Shown: piece by piece, positions 57,013 through 64,000 of the stretch
How the letters are laid out: every line of letters starts with the position of its first letter
How positions within the stretch are numbered: position 1 is the first letter of the stretch
Origin: Dendronephthya gigantea
Lineage: Eukaryota
NCBI RefSeq assembly: GCF_004324835.1
Contig: NW_021163026.1
Coordinates: 2,035,271-2,099,270, forward strand
Length of the DNA stretch: 64,000 bases
Direction: 5' to 3'
The notes under the pieces: model-generated
The model's input: the letters and a program-made list of their open reading frames with translations, nothing else
Database searches by the model: none
What the model was told of the DNA's origin: nothing
Position numbers and translations under genes: made by a program

Positions 57013-57641
57013 TGTACACACTGTGTATTCAACACCTCTGTAAGAATATGCTCCCGTCACGAATCTTTGATCTATGTACCTTGTTTATACTACATCAAAA
57101 CTCGACCGAAATCTGGTAGTTTGCGAGCGTAGAACAAATACTTTATTCCCACTTCACGTATCGTCAAACGATCGCCATGTTCTCTATATAAAAGAAAGTT
57201 AATACATATCATATGTTGACAATGCCCATGCAAATATGGCATAAATATTGGCCAAAATGCAAAATATAGGCCCTGCTTTGCGGAATGAACCATATACACA
57301 AACTGGTATAGTATATTTCAATTTACTTACCTATTTAGAATTGCTATCCATCATTTTACTGAGCGTCGACTGAGTTCTTATCAGATCAAATGGGAAAGAT
57401 TTTTTAGGGCAGAGAAATTGAAATTTGATACAGTTTTCCGATCAAATGTTTCCGAATAGCATTGATCGCATCTCAATGTCATCGGCGCGCCTTCGGAGGG
57501 ATCTCGTGTCGTGATAAATTCCGCGAAACATGCAAGGAAATTTTGATAGGAAAAATGAAATTTGTAAACGCTAAAATTTCAATTTCATTTCGAGGTAAAG
57601 TGGAAGGATATCATCCGGGAATCGTTCTAAAAATAAACCAA
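57013..57641. promoter_or_regulatory. Putative divergent promoter region between the STK32-like kinase (-) and RSRC2 (+).
   Basis: The two start codons are head-to-head about 630 bp apart, with a GC-rich segment (gcatctcaatgtcatcggcgcgccttcggagggatctcgtg) near 57460-57500. Positional inference only. Confidence 0.35.
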
Positions 57642-60600
57642 GATGGACGCTCATTTGGTTGGATATGGGAGTTCTTCTGACGAGGAAGGAACGTCGAAAA
57701 AACACAGAATGGAGTCACAAAAAGTAGGTTTGAATATTCCCAGGTTTAGTTTGATATATCTAGTGATTGCTGTGGTTTTCTGCACGAGTTTCAGTGCTTA
57801 ATTAGGAAGATATGACAGGGAATTGAAGACAATGTAATGAATGTATTCAATGTGGTTCATGTTTGCTAAATTTCGAAAGGAAAAAAAGCGTGGTGGCGGG
57901 TGCTTATTACAAAGAGCATGCGTGAAGAACTGAACTGAAGGTTTTGGAATTAACTGAAACCTTCAGATTAAAAGTTGTTTTGGAAAACAACAAGTCCAAA
58001 AATTAGACTGAAAATGTTTCATTTCTTCTAGATGAGGCATTTTCCAAAAGACAGAAACTTCAGAAAACGTTCTTCGTCACCAGAAGACAAGGATGAACTT
58101 TATGAACCAGAAATTGCATTGATGAACAATGGTCCACAAATACCACAAGATATCGGAGATGAACTACATATGGACTCGGAACAGACGTCTCCTGGTAATG
58201 TACAAAATTGTTTGAGATCCACTTCTCCAAGTCCAGTAAAACATCTCCCAGGATCGGATGAACCAAACCAAAGTAAAAATTCTTAGAATGGTGTGATTTC
58301 TCAGAATAATGTGATTTCTCATAATGATGTCATTTCTCAGAATGGTGGGTGAAATTGATTAAAAACTTTTCATTTCTTTTTCTTTAGCGCATAGAAAGAG
58401 TCAAAGCAGAAGTCCTACGGTGAGTATTTCTGATAGAGTTTAGTTTGGACAACATTAACCACCAACACTTGCCCCTCGAAACTGAAAATATTGATCTATT
58501 CTGGTCTGACATCCAATTGTACTAGTGCATTACATCAGTTCCAAACCCACAAGGGGTGAGTGTTGGAAGCATTTGAAGCAGCATAACTGTTAGTCACCTT
58601 CAAACAAACTCTTTCTAAAATAATTCAGCCCATTTGTTCTAAAACAATTCAGCGCATGAAATAGTTTAGAATTTTAGAAAAATTGAAAACCCTGCTAAAA
58701 AGGAGGGTGTGTTTAGATATTAATATTCCTATGATGTTCTGACTTATTTGCAATGTAAAATACCAAACTTTGTTTGCCATTATTGCTAATATAACAGTCA
58801 GAGAAAGAGACCAGGTCGAATATTGATGAATTTGGTTGTCAAATACGACACCCTTCCAAACCAGAGGTTAGTTTTGACACATTGTTTGGAATGTTTTAAT
58901 TGTAATACGTCATATTTGTTGCTCTTATACAAGCAGTACATAAAGCTAAACCGTTCAGTGCCACCCCCTTGGCCCAGCACTTGCACATGCACCAGAAAAT
59001 TGCCCCTTGAAACTTCAGAGTTAGTGTGTGAAATCATCACAGAGATTTTGATAATCTATGGTGCACCCACTCCCGATGTTATCTGCACTCCCCCATGCCC
59101 CTGTAACTGAAGGGTTATCAGTCTATGATTCCCCTGATCCTCAGCTTAATCCCCCCCCCCATGATACTACACTCCTCTATAATCCCAGCCTCCCCAAGTA
59201 AGGCGCATGTTTCAGTACCTATATATAGTGAAAATGAATCAAATTCCTTGATACTAATCTTTTTTCTGAAGGATTGTATTTTACACTGACATGTAGGATG
59301 AAGACCGCGTTGGAGGACGGGATATCAAGAGATCATCGTCACGTGATCGTAGACGGTCAAGAAGTCGAAGTAAAAGTCACGATCATAAGGAGAGGCGAGG
59401 TTCGTGCTTGGAAAGAACTCAACCTTTTGTTCATGTTTGTGGTCTTAAGAGGTCGTCTCGTGAAGTTGTGGCAGCTATTTTTTCTTTTCAGGATCACTGC
59501 GAGACGATAAGGACGGAAAACGGAGGGAAAGTAGAGACAGAAGTCCCCGTTCAAAGAAAGATAGAAGTCCTAGAAAAGCTCGAGATGGGAGTCCTGGAAA
59601 AGATGCAAGTCCTAGAAAGGATAGGGGTTCGAGAAAGGATCGGAGTCCAAGAAGAGAACGAAGTCCCAAAAGGGATCGGAATCGTAGAAGGGAGCGAAGT
59701 CCTAGAAATGATCGGAGTCCGAGAAAGGATCGAAGTCCTAGAAAAGATAAAAGTCCTAGAAGAGGAAACCGGAGTCCTAGAAGAGACCGAAGTCCCCGTC
59801 GTGGAGATCGTAGTCCCAGGAGGGGTGGGGACAGGAGTCCCAGGAGGGGTGGGGACAGGAGTCCCAGGAGGGGTGGAGACAGGGGGCGTGGTTCTACGAG
59901 AAGCTGGTCTCCGGATCGTCCGCAAAATAGACGTGAAAGGAAAGCGATTTATTTAGGAGGACCAGCCAAGCCAATACCACAACGTACGTCCTTCGTTCAC
60001 AGTTATTCTTCATACACATTTATGTATCCCAAATATATCTTCGTGATTAGATTATTGTGTTTATATGAATTCCAGTTCATGGAATCGAGTTCGCCGTGTG
60101 ATATTCATTTCTTTGTTTATTCCAGCGAAGGAGAAGGAGACTATGTCTTCAGAAGAGGTGATGAAGAAACTCGCACAAAGACAGGAATCTTTGAAGCATG
60201 AGGCTCAGGCAAACGCCGCAACACATAACTTGCCAAGTTACCTCAATCCTTCAGTCGTGAATCCACAGCTCTACGCTAAACAACAAGAGAAGAGAAAACT
60301 GCTCTGGAGCTCTAAGAAAAAAGATGAGGTCTCTAAAATGTACTTTTGGAAGAACAGTTTAGAACTGATAGAGCTATCCAGTATAAATAAAGTTAGTTTA
60401 GTTTAGGTTTCCTCTTTTAGTAACACTGAATCAATAAGAGATGATCCTTACTGGGCCTCTCGAAAGAACAGTTTAGAACTAATAGAACTATCCAGTAAAA
60501 ATAAATTTAGTTTAGTTTAGGTTTCCTCCTGTAGTAACAATGGATCAATAAGAGATGATCCTTGCGGGATACCTTTACCAAATACCACTTTTTCAAACAA

Positions 60601-60897
60601 AGGGTAAAAAATATTTACCAAGTCCTTCTATTTCCAGACGCCTACCAACACTGCCGTTTGGTCTGGGACGAAATTTACAGGTGATCAAGGGGGTGAAATG
60701 GGTGCTAAATTCCGGCGACTTATGGGGATAAAAGGGGAAGGAACAGCAGAGACAGAAGATGGCCCCACGAAAGGAGATCAAATCTTAACAGACCTTGAGA
60801 AGGAGTTTGAACGATCCAGAGCATTTCAGCTGTCACGTGGAGCTGGGGGGAAAAGTGGTATCGGATTAGGCTATGCTCCTGCCGGGTATAACCAGTG
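57642..60897 (+). CDS. RSRC2: Arginine/serine-rich coiled-coil protein 2-like gene, about 8 exons. The RS-repeat exon is about 59488-59985 and the last exon is about 60640-60897.
   Basis: Exon 1 encodes MDAHLVGYGSSSDEEGTSKKHRMESQK with a GTAGGT donor. The RS exon encodes SRDRSPRSKKDRSPRKARDGSP...RDRSPRRGDRSPRRGGDRSPRRGGDRSPRRGGDRGRGSTRSWSPDRPQ. The C-terminal exons encode NLPSYLNPSVVNPQLYAKQQEKRKLLWSSKKKDE and KFRRLMGIKGEGTAE...FERSRAFQLSRGAGGKSGIGLGYAPAGYNQ then stop. These match the human RSRC2 C-terminus (AVPSYYNPAAVNP...EQEKKRKMLWQGKK; KFRKLMGIK...GMGLGF) from memory. Confidence 0.75.
60345..60560. repeat. R115 family array of about 2 units in an RSRC2 intron.
   Basis: gaacagtttagaactgatagagctatccagtataaataaagttagtttagtttaggtttcctcttttagtaacactgaatcaataagagatgatccttactgggcctct... 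repeated. Confidence 0.85.
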
Positions 60898-61443
60898 ATA
60901 ATGAGGAAGATATGGCGCTGATCTGCCTCGCGTAGAACCAAATTGCTGTAGATATTTGACAATGCTCGCATTTTACCCCATGATGTCTTAGTACCGAAAC
61001 GAATCTGCTAAATATTGATATATCAGAGAAGATGTTCGTATTTGGGGCATTTGGAAGAACCAATTCACTTCGCTCTAAGTTAACGCCATCAGTTGTATTG
61101 ATGTAAGAACTTTGTATCAATCTTTCGTTCGCTGTCTTTACAGGATGCATTTCACGTGTACCATAAAACATTGCGTGAAAATAATGCGAGAAAAATGAAC
61201 CTTAGGACAGATTAGAAATGAATTATTTGCTCGACGGCCGTTCAGCTAAATGATTACTTAATGATTAATGTATGCACGCGGTGGTCAAAATAACTAGTTG
61301 CAGACTGTCTGACATATAACTCTCTTTTTAATCAACCGTCTGTGGTTTTTTACTTGCGATAAAGCTGTCCAATAACAGAGATGTTTACTGTTTGAAAGAT
61401 TTCTTCAAAACAAAACCTATGTCGTTTAATCTTTACGAACATC

Positions 61444-64000
61444 ATAATGTTTTCAGTTCCTTTATTCCATGAGAAAAGCTGCATTGTTCATTATCCAGAG
61501 GACATCCATCAGGATGATGATTGTAAAACCAACAATGTTTTGTCTTCCAGTATTTCTTTGTTTTTGGTTGGTTCTTAGTCTCCTTGCAGTGACTGTCTTC
61601 TCTCCAATCACGTATCTCAACCATACCACCTTGCACTGCAGAATACAAGAAAAACAACATTTTTTAAACATGGAAATCGCTCATGCCTTCGCAATGTTGG
61701 GCGACCAGGAGTTTTGTCAAAATTCAATGATCGGTCTCAAAAATAATGTCTTCCAATCTTGAGTTATGAATTACTTAAATCGTGGTGTTTTATGGAGGGT
61801 TAAAAACAGGTCAAAAGTACATCCATATCGTTTATAGTACAGTTCACCTCGGAAAACCTGATGTGCATTCCTCAGAACCGTCTTAACGCCACCAGCTTCA
61901 CACCTCAACAGCGCGAGAATGTTCTGATCAAATAACTCTGACACTTCGCTTAATTTCATCTGACCTATAAGTCACAAGATGTATGATTACAGGGTCACAT
62001 CGCTTCATCATTGGAGGGACCAGAGGTGAAAGTACCAATCACCTTTCCCCTTGAGAACCTCCCAATCCAAACATATTCATCACATTACCTCCTCTGTTCC
62101 AATTCTTGTTTGTTTTCCGACACTCATCCTCGCATTCCCCAAAACATTCACTCTGTGATCTTGACAACAATTCGCTCGCAACCTTATGAACGATTTCATC
62201 CAAAACCTTTTGCTCTATTTTCGTGCAATTTCTCACCGGTTCCGTGTCACCACGTGGTATGAATTGTCTCTCCTGTGATTGGTCAATTTCGGTGTTGTCA
62301 TGATGACAAGATGATGACGCATGCACATTCCCAGCATGCATTTGGCAATGTTTTTCCGTGGTATGATCATGAAATTTTCTAGTTTCGTTCGGATTCCCGT
62401 GTCTTGAATTCTTCAACATACTTAAGATTTCGTTTTCAATAGATATTGCATCTTCTACTGAATATGCGCGATTCTTGCCAATTTGACACACCTGTGTTTC
62501 GCAATGAATGGTGTCAAAAGAAAATTGAACGATTTTGAACAGATTTGAGAAATATAACTCACCCTTTTTGTTGATGGTATCCTCAGAACATCTTCTTCCA
62601 CTTCGAATCCACAACTCCTTCCAATATTCTCAACATAATCCAGATACGAACGATACTGTCTTTCATTTGAGCTCACTCTTTGGAACTAGAAATGCGTATT
62701 GTTAATCCTATGTTAAGTAATATATTGCTATATATACCCTGATTACCCTCCCTATCACAACTCTCAATTTAACTCCGAACGAATGCTAAAGTCAACACGT
62801 AAAGTCTTCACTTACTTTGCAATAAAAGTCGTGAAAGCAACACGGCAAAACAAAATATTTACAATTGAATGAAGATCTAAAATGGAAACATGTTTAGTCC
62901 GTATTTTTATGCATCGCTTTTTCATATTGTGTGTCGAAACATTTTTTTTTCACCTGGCAGCGATAACTGGTATCCAAGGGGTTAGTTCATCCGAATGGTT
63001 TCCGATCAACCAATCAGCTTCGGGATAGGTTTCTGATGATGGATCTAATGTGCTTACCTTAATGAAAGCAGCAGCCTTGAAAAACGTCATCGCCAACACC
63101 ATTTAAAGTTGGGGATTTATTTGAGAAGGGGTCATTTGGGTGTTTTGTTTACAAGTGTAAACACAGATACTGTTTACCTCTAGAACGGTTTTCTCGTCGT
63201 AAAACTTCCAAACTTTTCTTGGACGTAAATCGACACCTTTTCCTGAGTGCTAAAGTAAAGAATTTATACCAATATATTAGATATCCTATTCTCGGATTAC
63301 CGGATAAAAGATACTATCGCATATTATGAAGAAGTCTCTTACACCCTCGTTGTTTAGAATGTGGACCAACAGACCGTTTCCACAACCAAGATCAACAAAC
63401 CTCTGTGGTTTGAAATCATCGTCTGCTTCAGTGGCGTCACTCTCCCACAGTAGCTGCAGAGTATGATTAAAAACAGTGTGATTGGTTGTGATGATTCGTT
63501 TTTTTTTAGTTTTGTGTGTGTTTTTTGTAATGCAAAATATTTATAATACAATGATCAACATGTACCATCAGATAGGTTGCAATCGCGACATCTTCGTAAA
63601 CAAACTTGTGTGGATCAGTTCTTTCCGGCCACATCTGTTGAAAGATCTCAAAAAGTCTTCATTTGAAGTAAAAAAACGTACGTATAACTTATACAACTGT
63701 AAATGAACAATCACCTTAACAAAGTGTTTATATTTTTGCTTGAGTTCTTCGTATTTCCGGCTATATTTTTCCACCGAAACAAGTCTCAATGATTCTCCTA
63801 ATGAGGACTTTGTATTGTCCTCCGTCATCCATTTGTGAAGTTTTGGAATGAGACACGACTTAAGCCATTCTACCGTTGGACATGTGATACCATTTCCTTT
63901 GCTTCTTTTGTCAGCAACGGAAAGACTTAAACTATAAAATGACAATAAGTCAGGCCACATCGTTGTCATCCAATTTGGATTGAAAAAAGGTCACCTCTTG
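61444..64000 (-). CDS. TRMT44: tRNA (uracil-O2)-methyltransferase TRM44/TRMT44-like gene. The 3' part is present and the 5' end runs off the window edge. The terminal exon 61444-61641 carries a CCCH zinc finger.
   Basis: - strand exons encode IFQQMWPERTDPHKFVYEDVAIATYLM, LLWESDATEADDDFKPQRFVDLGCGNGLLVHILN (SAM-binding motif I), ETYPEADWLIGNHSDELTPWIPVIAA, and a terminal exon ...KTKHCWFYNHHPDGCPLDNEQCSFSHG then stop, which is a C-x-C-x-C-x-H finger. A methyltransferase core plus a C-terminal CCCH finger is the TRMT44 architecture. The family call is moderately confident. Confidence 0.6.

Noticed and set aside
59408-59956. 182-aa + ORF (…VLEKLEMGVLEKMQVLER…) and 124-aa - ORF (…TPVPTPPGTPVPTPPGT…) overlapping the RS exon.
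   Set aside because: These are alternative-frame and antisense readings of the tandem RS-coding repeats. The RS frame is the only one continuous with the flanking RSRC2 exons.

Overview
This window is eukaryotic nuclear DNA, most likely from an invertebrate metazoan. It is AT-rich, has GT-AG spliced genes with many short exons, and introns dense with MITEs and tandem repeats. No prokaryotic features, CRISPR arrays, rRNA genes or convincing tRNA genes were found. By splicing short ORFs together I can support 13 protein-coding genes. On the + strand: Integrator subunit 2 (INTS2), a TMEM16/anoctamin, a phytochelatin synthase (PCS-B), CaMKK, inositol oxygenase (MIOX), the Golgi SNARE GOSR1 and RSRC2. 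On the - strand: a second phytochelatin synthase (PCS-A), a TauD/TfdA-like Fe(II)/2-oxoglutarate dioxygenase, two tandem TANGO2 copies (one nested in a GOSR1 intron), an N-myristoylated STK32/YANK-type AGC kinase, and a partial TRMT44-like tRNA methyltransferase with a CCCH finger. The most notable arrangements are the divergent PCS paralog pair (unusual for an animal), the clavaminate-synthase-like dioxygenase convergent with MIOX, and the TANGO2 duplication, with one copy head-to-head with GOSR1 and the other inside its intron. Several MITE and tandem-repeat families recur across introns. All exon boundaries come from by-eye splice-site and homology reasoning and are approximate, typically within a few bases and sometimes more.
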